Shown: positions 50,965 through 61,339 of the stretch, piece by piece
How the letters are laid out: each line of letters begins with the position of its first letter
How positions within the stretch are numbered: the first letter of the stretch is position 1
DNA from: Paramoeba atlantica
Taxonomy: Eukaryota > Protista > Discosea
DNA length: 64,000 bases
Direction of reading: 5' to 3'
Assembly: GCA_977017575.1 (NCBI GenBank)
Contig: CDRNVI010000143.1
Span: 62,001 to 126,000, forward strand
Translations under genes and position numbers: made by a program
Notes under the pieces: model-generated
The model's database searches: none
What the model was told of the DNA's origin: nothing
What the model saw: only the letters and a program-made list of their open reading frames with translations

Positions 50965-53900
50965 ATGTCATTTGAATTATTCGATTCGCTTGATGATGTG
51001 TCGTCAATTTTTGATGAAGAAGTTTCGTTTTGTACGGAGCTTGGATCCATGAAAAGACATTCGATGTGTTTGAATCGAGGATCGAGTTCGATGTGTTCGA
51101 ATCAAGGATTGGTTTCGATTGGTTCGGAACCAGAGCAATCAAGTTTATCGAGTTCGCTGGGTACGAGTTCGACGGTACAGAAGTCCTCCAAATCTGTAGA
51201 GAAAGAGGAAGATTTTGAGGAGGCTGAGGCCCTTCGAGAGAAATGTCGAGTTTTACGAAAAGAGAATACGGCTCTTTTGTTGAAAGATAGTTTGTCAGCC
51301 GCGGAAAGGGCGAGGGTTGAACTAGTCAACCGGAGGTTGACGAGCTTGAGAAGTACTTTGATGGCTTATGATGTAATTGGGGTAGAGAAACAACAAAAGC
51401 CAAAAGACGAGAAAAGACTGCCCCAAATCCAAGATTTGCCGAAACTGCAAGAAAAAGTCACGATTTTCCAGTTGCTCGATTTTGTTTTTCGTTTCCATTC
51501 CTGTATGGAGAACCGATGTGTCCCAGAGCCTGATCGAAAGAGATATCTGTTCGAAGCCACACCCAGTTTGATCAGTGGGTTTCTAAAGATGAGAGAAAAC
51601 CGTCCATTCTGTGAATTGCTTGCGTTGGTTCCAGTAAAGTTGCTAGGTCCAAGGTGGAAGTTGGTGATTTTGAAAGCTTTGAAAAGTCTCCAGCAAAAGC
51701 CAAGTGAGAGACTCGACGTGTTTGGGTATCAGTTTAATCTGCTGGTAGCAGCTTCAGGGACAGATCCTCGTTCTCGAGAGGCGAAGGAACTTTTGGAAAA
51801 AGCAGTTCTCCCAGGTTATCAGCCCTTCTGGGAATTATTGTGTGGAAGTGACTACCTTTTTGAGCCACGAATCTCTGTAACCAATCTGATTGATATTGGA
51901 GCTGCAAGGGAGGGTTCAGCCCTGCTTAACCATTTTCGTGCCCCTGGTCCTGTAGAGCCAAGGAGACCAACAAACTGCCGGAATTGTGGGAAACCTGGCC
52001 ATCTTGAGAAAGAGTGTTGGGCTCGAGGGGGTGGAGCAGAAGGTAAAGGTTCATGGCAGCAATTGCGCAGAGATGAGCCTCAAGAGAGGAGAGGACGCGA
52101 TTTGGCCAAGATTAGATGTTTCTCTTGTCGGGAAAAGGGTCACTATGCAAATGGGTGTCCAAAAAAGAAAGCTGAACCGAGGTTGGCTGGACTTGCCAAA
52201 GAGGAATCAAACCTGGGGGTCCCTGGAACTGATGTTTCAACATCTGATTTTGAGGATGAGGAAGCTTATTTAGCTTTAACTGAAGAAGGATTTTTTGGTT
52301 TGGGGGCGGAAGAAGATACGGATGGGCTCCCCAAGATTCCAATCTCTCTTGGGAGGAATGATGTGGAAGTGTGGGCGATCTTTGACTCAGGAGCAAGTGC
52401 AACACTCGCTGACCCTTCTGTTTTTGACCGTTTAGAAGGAGATTTAGTGAAGAGAAATTTTCGAGTCCGAGGAATTTCTGGACGTGTTCAAGAAACAGAC
52501 ACAGCAAAGAAAGTCAAAGTTTCGACAATCCAAGGCCAAGCTGAGATTTTGATTTGGACTTTACCTGGTTTAGGGAAAGATCGAGTACTTTTGAGTGCGG
52601 CTGATGGAGCAAAACTTGGTGTTGAAATCAAAGGAATCCCACCAGTGTTCCCAGAAAGGAAGAAGTTGTTCCATGAGACTAACTTAGCGGACAAAGAGGG
52701 ATGGAGTGGGCCATCTGAAGAGACACGCCTGCCTGAGAAAGAAGTTGAGAAAATAATGGGAGGGATTAAAGAAGTTCTTGAAGAGAATCAGAGATTGCCT
52801 GATGGGACTTGTTGTAATATCAGGAATTCGCATTTTTCGAGTTCATTGCTCGATCCAAAGCCGGTTTTTACGCGACAGTACCCGATTCCAGAAAGATTAA
52901 GTGGCAAAGTTCAACAGAGAGTTACTGAATGGTTGGAAAAAGGGTGGATAGTTCCTCTGGAGGATGTGTCCTCAGTGCGAAATCTCTGGAACACCCCTCT
53001 AGTAGCAGCTCCCAAGGTTTCAGGTGGCAAGAAGGAAGATGATATTCGGCTTTGTATGGACCTGAGAGGGGTGAATGTGAAATCAGAAGCCCCAGACTAC
53101 CAGCTCCCAACGATTGCTGATTTGATTTTTCAGAGGCACCTGCTGTTGGGGAGGAGGTTTTGTATTGAGATGGATCAGAAAGCATTGGAGTATTTGAACC
53201 AATTGAAGAACTTTATGATCTTAGATTGGCTGCACTTCCTGTTGAATTTCGATTTCTATGTGATACATTGCAAGGGAATGAACCATGTGTTACCTGACTC
53301 TCTCTCTCGGATTTTTGGGGAACCAGTTAGAGATATGGCGGGAGTTAAGTGTGAGCTGGTGGTAGATGAGGTCCCTTCCACAGGGATTGGAAAAAAAATG
53401 AAAAAGTTGATGAAAGATATTTTGGGAAAGAAGGAACCTGCAGAAGAAGACAAACTGGCCTTGATAAAAGTGAAACACAAAGAGAGTCATATTGGAGGAC
53501 TCAGGCTATTTGAAGCTATGGTGAGAGACGGATTTTATTGGGATGGATTGAGGACCCTGTGCGACAAAGTAGCGAAAGGGTGCCTAGAATGTTTGATGTA
53601 CAATGTTGGGAGAGTGGGATTTCACCCCATCACCCCGGTTTTGTCGAAACTTCCGTTCGATCACATTGCAATGGATCTGATTATTTTGAAAGTATCTTCA
53701 GATGGCTTCACTGTAATCCTATTAGTGATTGATGTGGCTACGCGGTTTGTGCTTTTGCGACCCCTAGTGTCAAAAGAAGCGGTGCAAGTAGCATGGGTTC
53801 TATTGAATATTTTCGCTAACTTTGGAATCCCCAAGGTGTTGCAAATGGACAATGACCCTTCCTTTTTGAATGATGTTGTAGAAGAGTTCCGCAAGGCAGC

Positions 53901-54636
53901 TGAGTTTGTGGCAAGAGCCGTTTTGACTTATTTCCCAAACCAGAATGGAGCAGCAGAACGCTATGTGGGAGAAACAAAACGATTATTGTTCAAGCTTCTG
54001 AAAGGCTACCAGGAGAATTGGGCGAAAATGTTGCCAGTGGTCCAAATGTCCTTAAATGATCGGATTGTGGGGAGACATATGTCGAGTCCATTTGCCTTGA
54101 TGTTTGCAAGGAAGTTGAACAAGTTCAAGGATTATCGGAGTATAGAGTTACAAGAAGTGTCAGAAGAAGATTTAATTGAACGAAATAAGAAGATGATCGA
54201 TGCGGTGTATCCAGCCATTTTTGGACGTTCCAAGGAAGCAGGAAGGAAATATTCAGAGAGGAAAAATAAGGCCAAGAAAGAGAAAATTTGGGAGGCAGGA
54301 ACTGAGGTTATGAAGATGGTAGATGTAAGAGGTGCGAAGAGTGATCAGCGCTGGGAAGGACCATTCAAAGTGGTGGGGTACAATCAGGCAACAAAAGGAT
54401 ACAATTTGATCGATGCAACATGCGCCTTGTTGAAAAATGAAGTACCTGCAGCGAGATTAAAAGAGATCCAAGGAGACTTGGAGGAAGGAGAAGGGAAAAT
54501 ACTGGAGATTTTAAAAGTGGTTGACGATCGGATGGGTGAGGATGGACAAGAATATTTAGTGAAGTGGAAAAATGCGGAGGAGTTGTGGGAAGCTGTGAGT
54601 TCCTTCCACTCGTACAAGGTGATCGAAGATTATTAG
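50965..54636 (+). CDS. Gag-PR-(deleted RT)-IN polyprotein, 1223 aa; premature TAG at the end of the chromodomain
   Basis: Near-identical to the copy 1 protein. TGG>TAG at 54634-54636 removes 50 aa (the copy 1-equivalent stop is at 54784-54786). A 15-nt deletion relative to copy 1 lies near 53350. Confidence 0.9.
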   Translation: MSFELFDSLDDVSSIFDEEVSFCTELGSMKRHSMCLNRGSSSMCSNQGLVSIGSEPEQSSLSSSLGTSSTVQKSSKSVEKEEDFEEAEALREKCRVLRKENTALLLKDSLSAAERARVELVNRRLTSLRSTLMAYDVIGVEKQQKPKDEKRLPQIQDLPKLQEKVTIFQLLDFVFRFHSCMENRCVPEPDRKRYLFEATPSLISGFLKMRENRPFCELLALVPVKLLGPRWKLVILKALKSLQQKPSERLDVFGYQFNLLVAASGTDPRSREAKELLEKAVLPGYQPFWELLCGSDYLFEPRISVTNLIDIGAAREGSALLNHFRAPGPVEPRRPTNCRNCGKPGHLEKECWARGGGAEGKGSWQQLRRDEPQERRGRDLAKIRCFSCREKGHYANGCPKKKAEPRLAGLAKEESNLGVPGTDVSTSDFEDEEAYLALTEEGFFGLGAEEDTDGLPKIPISLGRNDVEVWAIFDSGASATLADPSVFDRLEGDLVKRNFRVRGISGRVQETDTAKKVKVSTIQGQAEILIWTLPGLGKDRVLLSAADGAKLGVEIKGIPPVFPERKKLFHETNLADKEGWSGPSEETRLPEKEVEKIMGGIKEVLEENQRLPDGTCCNIRNSHFSSSLLDPKPVFTRQYPIPERLSGKVQQRVTEWLEKGWIVPLEDVSSVRNLWNTPLVAAPKVSGGKKEDDIRLCMDLRGVNVKSEAPDYQLPTIADLIFQRHLLLGRRFCIEMDQKALEYLNQLKNFMILDWLHFLLNFDFYVIHCKGMNHVLPDSLSRIFGEPVRDMAGVKCELVVDEVPSTGIGKKMKKLMKDILGKKEPAEEDKLALIKVKHKESHIGGLRLFEAMVRDGFYWDGLRTLCDKVAKGCLECLMYNVGRVGFHPITPVLSKLPFDHIAMDLIILKVSSDGFTVILLVIDVATRFVLLRPLVSKEAVQVAWVLLNIFANFGIPKVLQMDNDPSFLNDVVEEFRKAAEFVARAVLTYFPNQNGAAERYVGETKRLLFKLLKGYQENWAKMLPVVQMSLNDRIVGRHMSSPFALMFARKLNKFKDYRSIELQEVSEEDLIERNKKMIDAVYPAIFGRSKEAGRKYSERKNKAKKEKIWEAGTEVMKMVDVRGAKSDQRWEGPFKVVGYNQATKGYNLIDATCALLKNEVPAARLKEIQGDLEEGEGKILEILKVVDDRMGEDGQEYLVKWKNAEELWEAVSSFHSYKVIEDY

Positions 54637-54816
54637 AAAAAGAAAGACAAGAAACAAGAGAAGAAGGAACCAAGAAAGAAGAAAGAGGAAGAGAAAGAAG
54701 AAGAATCAGAAGAAGAGGAACCAGAGAGGTTTTCGAGTACGGGAAGAAGAATTAAGAAGAATCTCCCTAAGGCTGCTCGCGGGTAGTGTTTTTGTTTCAA
54801 AAACACTGAGGGGGGA

Positions 54817-55048
54817 TGTGCACAGGGTGCTAGTTTAGCCCCAGGGGAATTCAGTGAAAGATGAAGCTCAAGAAGGAGAAGAATTATGAACTTGTAGAGT
54901 TCAGATATTAGCTGAAGAAGAGAAAGAGAAAGAAACTCACTTGGGAGTTTCAGAATAAAAAAAGCGCTTGAAGACCATTCTTGAGTCCATTGTTCTCTGT
55001 GTGTCAGAGTGACTGTGTGTCTGGTGTGGAGTCAGGAGGTTGTTCACT
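54817..55048 (+). repeat. 3' LTR of gypsy copy 2
   Basis: TGTGCACAGG...GTTCACT, 232 bp, preceded by the PPT. Confidence 0.95.
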
Positions 55049-55231
55049 GTCCGTGCGACAGAAGGGTTGGCAAAACAAGGGAAGCACAGTCTTTTCTCTT
55101 GCAACCAGAGCAGACCCTCGATGTTCTTTAAAAATGACCTTTGTAGCCAAATCACCCGACCTGGTGATTGTCAAACTCTTTATGGTGAAGTTGATGGTCT
55201 GAAAAAAAATGAGAAGGTTTATTTTCTTCTT

Positions 55232-55262
<31 letters not shown>

Positions 55263-55490
55263 CTAAATGTGACAGGTTCCATGTGACAGGTTCCTTTTCT
55301 TGCAAATGTCTTTCAATCAAAAAATCGAAAACTCTGTACACTCTCAACTTGTTACTCTGCCACACAAGTTGAAAAAGAAGTTGAAATGTTGGTTGAATGA
55401 TGATACATTGGAAACCCAAGCGACTTATCAAAAGCTTGAAGAAATGCACCCCCTTGCTCGAACCACATATAGTGAGGTGATGGATTTTGT
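55049..55490 (+). pseudogene. piggyBac-like transposase relic (second family), 3' part, with probable intron 55217-55289
   Basis: The frame resumes after the TSD (VRATEGLAKQGKHSLFSCNQSRP...). A GT...CAG intron joins it to VPFLANVFQSKNRKLCTLST; YSEVMDFV resembles the YNxxMxxVD motif. Truncated there. Confidence 0.7.
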
Positions 55491-55519
55491 AATCCAAGGT
55501 TTCAAAAAAGACTGACTGA

Positions 55520-57938
55520 AGAAGTCATTTGTCTGCCCGTTGGGAAGCAAGTTGTGAAGAAAGCTGTTCAAAAAGGTTAATTTTTTTTTTTGTGTGTGTG
55601 TTTTTGAAGGATTCTGATGAATGACATGGGTTATCAAAAAATCCAAATTATGCGATCAATATTTCAGCGAGGCTTAGATCCTTTGTCTGGGGAGCTAATT
55701 CAGTTGAAAACACCAGAGTTTGAAATTCCATTTCCAAAACTTCCTGCTCCGAAGCCTGTGATGGATTTTGGGGAGAAAATGTTGTCTGCATTGGAGCTTG
55801 AAGCAAAGTAAGAATTTTTTTTTTTTGTAATAAGCTTCTTTTCTCCTCCTCAATGAAAACAATTTGCTCAAAAGATAAACATATAGGTTTCATGAACTCC
55901 CTTCTGAGTATGGGGTTAAAGGTGGTTATCGAAAGTTGGAAGAAGTTGTTGAGAAAAGACTGAAAGCAATGCTCCAATGTTCGAAAGTTCAACAATCTCT
56001 CATCTTTTAAGAAGGCAAATATCAAATTTTAGTGAATATGTTCACTGATGGTGCTCCGGAGAGTAAACAAGTAAGTAGAAAAATTATTTTCTTTTTTTTT
56101 GAGGGGGAGCATAGAGGAAAAGAAACAAAACAAGATTTAATTGAAAATCTATTTTTCAGATGGGTATGACAAATACATATTTGCGATTTGTGAACTTTGT
56201 TGGAGTTGGAAGTTCACCAACATTGATGCCTTGGATCTGTGGTGGGAATTTCAAAGAAGATGATGAAGTGAGCAAATGGCTTTGTGAGAATGTTTTAAAC
56301 CCTGGAATTGTAGCGGTGGAAAAGAATGGTGTTTCAATTCCATGTGAAATCGATAATACCAAAACAAATCTGTACCATTGCCATTTTCTTCCAATTGGTG
56401 GCCTTTCTTACCAAAGTAAAGTGGCTGGTCATCAAGGTTGTTCTGCAACTTATTTCTCTGTTTATTGGCTTGATGTGACTTGTGACAATGCTGACATTCC
56501 TCGAGACAAGTTACGAAGGCGAACATTGGCAAAAATGAAAGAAATGGGGGAAAAAGTTCGAGTGAAATGGCAAGAAATCGTTTCAGATAAGTCGATAGAT
56601 GAAAATGCAAGAGATGCGATCCTTCAACAGTTTATTCGGAAAGAGAATTATAGCCAAAAAGGAGCCCCTTTGTTAGTGATTTGTGAGCGTTTTACTCCAA
56701 ATGGTCCTCTTCATGGCAAGTGCTCTGCAACTTTGGCCTTATTTCTTACTATTGTTGAGTTTGCAAATTCCAATAAGGAATTTGGGAAAAAGATGTTACA
56801 AGAGATGGTGGAGCGGATGAAAAGAGTTTCTGGATTGCTCTCTTTTGCAAAGACGATTGAATGGAAGTATATTCTTGAAACTGAGGAAGGAAAGAAGCTG
56901 AAATTTCGGTTGATTGGAGAGCAAGCAACAAGGCTATTGCAAAATTATCACAAGTTGGTTGTTGAAGCGATTTATTCCTGTTTTCCTCGCCATCAGTTGC
57001 CACCCTTGTTCGATTTGAAGTTACAAGCTTTTTCGTTTATTTGTCAGCGAATTAAATTTATGAGCTCTTTTTGGGAATGTTTGAAATTCACTGATGATGA
57101 AGGGGAAGATTTGGAATCAAGTGAGGTTCAACACCTTTTAGATGAAAGGACGAGAACAGGAAAGCAAATTATTCAGATTATGAAATTAATATTTCCAAGC
57201 TTGAATATTATTCCATGGTTTTATACTCTTTGTTTTGACTGCCCTTATTTTTACAAAAAAGTCTATGAAAATTATGGTTTGCTTTCCTTTCTTTTCTTTC
57301 CCCCCCTCTGCTTTTTTTTTTTTATTGATTATCTCCTTTCATTCATTCTTTTTCAAATAGGAGTTGGACCAGCTGTCAGTAGTTGCCAAAGCGGAGAGTT
57401 ACGAAATTTAATTCAAAAGCAACTTGTGAAAAAATGTGGCTATGGCGCAATGAAGTATGAGATAGCCGCAAAATTTGACGATTTTCGATTTTTGGTTCAC
57501 CTCCTTTGTCCAGTGAAACTATCTGTTCGGGGACACAATATCAAGGATCGTGTATCGTTTGTTGAGAAGGGAAAATGTTGTTTTTGTGTTGTGGAAGATG
57601 TTGGGGAAGAAAACAAAGTATGTCCAAGTTGTCAAGCGATTGAAAAGAAGATGATTGATTTTTGTGAAAATGGAGTTCCACAAACAACAAGGGAACTCAT
57701 TTTAAAGAATTATGTAGTTCCATCTGAGGAAGAGACAGGAGAGTCTATGGAGGAGTTAGAACAGGAGATCTTTGAGGATGAGGAGGTAGATGAATTCTCG
57801 TTGAAGGAAGAGGAAGAAGAAGAGGAAGAGGATGAATTTTCTTTTGATGGTGAAGAAGAGGGAGAAGAAGAGGAGGAGGAAGAAGAGGAAAAAACGAAAG
57901 CAAAACCACAAAGATTACGTTTTCGATCACAATCTTAA
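55520..57938 (+). CDS. RAG1/Transib/Chapaev-like DDE transposase-derived gene, multi-exon, 5' end missing or unclear, possibly a pseudogene
   Basis: Inferred introns 55576-55609, 55808-55886, 56071-56159 and 57277-57360 keep the frame. Motifs: VNMFTDGA (D600-like), IGGLSYQSKVAGHQGCSATYFSVYW (D708/ZnC2 spacing), GPLHG, LIGEQATRLL, WFYTLCFDCP (ZnH2 spacing), SCQSGELRN (E962-like). In-frame TAA at 56008-56010 unless removed by a 36-nt intron. Confidence 0.65.
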
Positions 57939-57953
57939 GAAATAATAAATTTA

Positions 57954-58427
57954 TTAATTTGAGATATAAAGATCGTTGATTGGAAGTCCTCCTTTTGTCC
58001 ATCCTTGAACAAAAAAATGAACTGCAAGAGTTCCAAGATTTGCAGAAAATCTCCATACAACCGGATACTTTTTATGAGCGACAATCCACATCTTTTGACC
58101 ATTTTTGAATTTTTTCGTCATTGGGTTGAAGAGTCCCTTTGATGCAAGTCCTGAAAAAATTTGTTCAAAAGTTTTTGTTTCATAAAATTGGATCAGAAAA
58201 ACTGGCGCTGACTTCTTGTGAGGAGAAAGTTCGCCACCACTTCTCAAAAGATGAGGGATGATGAGGAGTTCAAACAGAACTGCATTGACCTTTGTTCGAT
58301 AGATTCGCATACTACAAGCAGTTGAGGGAATTTTTGAAAAAAGATCATGGGCAATCCAATCAAGCTCAATAACAACAGAATCAACAATTGTATCACATGA
58401 AAACTTGCTTGCAATATCGCTCTCCAA
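57954..58427 (-). CDS. Hypothetical protein (last exon), convergent with the RAG1-like gene
   Basis: 157-codon open frame with protein-like composition; its stop is 15 bp from the RAG1-like stop; upstream exon(s) are likely at ~58500-58640. Confidence 0.45.
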   Translation of the reverse strand: MESDIASKFSCDTIVDSVVIELDWIAHDLFSKIPSTACSMRIYRTKVNAVLFELLIIPHLLRSGGELSPHKKSAPVFLIQFYETKTFEQIFSGLASKGLFNPMTKKFKNGQKMWIVAHKKYPVVWRFSANLGTLAVHFFVQGWTKGGLPINDLYISN

Positions 58428-58903
58428 AAGAGAAAGAGCACAAGGAGGACACTTTTCTTTTTGGTTTTTCTTTTGGTTTGTAGTTTTGGTTTGTTTACGC
58501 TTTGATGTGATGAGGGTTCAAGAGAGATGTAGCAATATGGAACAGAGTTTCCTCTTTTAAAGAAAGATTCATCTGCCTCAAGGAGTTTTCGAGAAGGAGT
58601 TCAGGTCCGAACAGAGTGAGCAGTTTGTTCAGACATTTGAGAAAAACAAAAAACAAAAAACAAAAAACAAAAAGCAAAAAAAAAACAAAAAAAAAACAAA
58701 GTGCTTGAACAAAATCGTTTTGGCTGTATTTTTCTAATAAAAAAAAAGAAAAAAAGTAATCTGAAAAGAATCCAATACGAAAATTGCTACTTTCTTTCCT
58801 TTCTTTCAAATTTTTGATTCTTTTTTTCAAAATGCTCCCCAAATTCAATCTCAAAAGAAAAAAACAAATTCGATCAGAAAGAAAGAAAAGAAGGAGATTA
58901 GAA

Positions 58904-60235
58904 ATGGATGTTTTGCTCTGTCAACCAATTACCCATGATTCTTTCTCTTCTTCTTCGTGGACATTATCGCCAAAAAACCCTTTTCCTCTCTCAACATTAT
59001 TGTTACCTCCTGTTCATCTTTCAGAGCCATCATATGAGGATAGTTTCTACTCTCCTCCTTCACCTTTATTATTTGATCGTTTTCGTTTTTGGACTGTAAG
59101 AGAACTTGTAAAAACAAATAAGAGCTTAGTGTCTTGGGAAGTGCTTGAAAAGAAGGTTGTGTTTCCGTTCGATCATCTTGTTTTTCTTTTTTTCTTTCTT
59201 TTTTTTTCTTTCTTTTTTCTCCCTTTTTTTTTCTTTTCTTTTTTTCTTTCTTTTTTTTCTTTCTTTTTTCTCCCTTTTTTTTCTCCCTTTTTTTTCTTCC
59301 TTTTTTTTCTCTCTTTTTTTCTCCTTTTTTCTCCTTCCTCTTTTTTTTCCTTCCTCTTTTTTTTATTATTATTATTCTCATTTTTTATAAATATCTTTTT
59401 TTGAATCCACTCCACACACAATATCCAGGTTTCTGAAATTGTTGGAAGAATGAGTCAAAAGAAAGCAAGTGGTTCACATGGACTCTCAAAACCGATGGAT
59501 TATTCAAAACCAGGACGACCACATTATTCTGACAAGGAAACCAGGGAAAAAGCACTGTTGTTGATGAGAACTTATTTTGAAATCAAACCAGCAGAGCCAG
59601 TTCCAGTTCTTTTTAAATCTTTTGAAGTTCCAAAACAAAATTCTCAAACAACAACAATTCTCTTTGATGATGTGAACAGGATCCCATTAGATCGCCTCTC
59701 AGATTCGAGCTGGAAGGCCCATTTTCCTGGTGCCACTGAAGATTTTTATCAAAAATTGGCGAATCCAGGTGGTTGTAATACCCAACAAAACCTTTTGAAA
59801 GATGAGAATTTATTGAAGGAATTGACCGGAAATGTTTATTTTAAATCGGAGAGTGGCTTGAAGGATATGTTTTGGTTGGAATCGGTTGGATCTCCTGAGG
59901 AGGTATATGAGCTCTCAATCCTCCAATGTTTTATATTTAATCAAACAAAGAGAAATTGTCGAGGATGGTGTTTGTTAACGATGGGAATTCATGCAAAGCA
60001 AGCGAATCCGATTCGGGAATATGTTCAAGCAGGCCAAACGAATGATATGATTGTTCCATTTGTGGAATCTCTTTTCGGAGGATATGTGATCTTTGAGTTA
60101 CGTTTCGAAAAATGGGTTTCTTCAACAATCAAAGAGACATCTTCATCTTCCCCACCCCCACCAATATTTGATAAACAGAGAGAATGCATTGAAGACATTC
60201 ACAAAAAGTTTGATGCAACCGGACAGCAAATGTGA
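58904..60235 (+). CDS. Hypothetical two-exon protein (~350 aa); may continue past 60235 via a frameshift
   Basis: Exon 58904-59155, GT...CAG intron 59156-59428, exon 59429-60235 joined in phase 0; no recognised domain. Confidence 0.55.
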
Positions 60236-60670
60236 CTCTTTCAACAAAGATTTTCTGCTTGATTGAAGAATTCTGGCTCTCAATTGCTCATGGGACAGTT
60301 CTTCATTGTGACAAAAAAGACATTGGACTTTCTCTTCTCTTTTATTTAGGATTTGGATAGGAAAATACACCTAGTTTTGGATTTACCGAGTTGGGTTACA
60401 TTTGGAAACACAGTCCTGGCTCTGTTGCTGGTATTCGAGCAGCGACATATTATCATATGTCTTTGAAAAATGAAAATGGATTTCGAATTATGGGTGCTGG
60501 GTTTGTGAATCCAATATCTGAAAAAAAAAAAAAAAAATTACCACCTTAACAACCATCAAAAAGTTGCTTACGACACCTTTAAACACTGGATTGCTACCAA
60601 AAAAAATGGACCTGAACTTTATTTTTAAAATTCGCATTTTCTCAAAAATCGGATGTGGTGGAAAAAGAAG

Positions 60671-60730
60671 AAAAAAGAACGAAAAAGAACGAAAAAGAAC
60701 GAAAAAGAACGAAAAAGAACGAAAAAGAAC
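60671..60730 (+). repeat. (GAAAAAGAAC)n 10-bp tandem repeat
   Basis: About six units. Confidence 0.85.
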
Positions 60731-61339
60731 GAAAAGAAAAAAAGAAGAAAAGAAAAGAAAAAAGGAAGAAACGAAAAGAAAGAAAAAAGAAAAAAAGAAA
60801 AAGAAAAAGAAAAAGAAAAAGAAAAGAAAAAAAAGAAGAAAGAAAAACTTCTGAAAGAGCAAATTGATAAAGACCCAAACCAAGTTTTAAAAAGAAAAGA
60901 GAAATAGAAAAGAGAGAAGAGAGAGAAGAGGAAGAGGAAGAAAAAACCCTTTGAAAGATTGATGAGAAGTAGTTTGACACACACACCGGTTTAAAAAAAA
61001 GAAAAAAGAAAAAGAAAAAAGAAAAGAAAAAAGAAAAAGAAAAAGAAAAAGAAAAGAAAAAAAAGAAAAAGGAAAGAAGAGAAAGAAAGAAAGAAAAAGA
61101 AAAAGAAAGAAAGAAAGAAAAGAGAAAGAAAAGAGAAAAAGAAAAGAGAAAAACTTTTGAAAGAGTCAATCGACAAGAAGGTAGTTCAATATAATCAGGT
61201 TTTAAAAAAAAGAAAGAAAAAAGAAAGAAAAGAAAAAGAAAAGAAAAAGAAGAAAAAAGAAGAAAAAAGAAGAAAAGAAGAAAAAAGAAAAAAGAGGTAG
61301 CCTGGGCCAGTAGTAAGGGTCTTTTTGACTTTGCGCACC

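Larger units (their letters stand above)
50697..55048 (+). mobile_element. Ty3/gypsy chromodomain LTR retrotransposon, copy 2 (RT core deleted)
   Basis: 232-bp LTRs at 50697-50928 and 54817-55048 (2 differences seen); 5-bp TSD GTCCG at 50692-50696 and 55049-55053; PPT GAGGGGGGA at 54808-54816. Confidence 0.96.
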
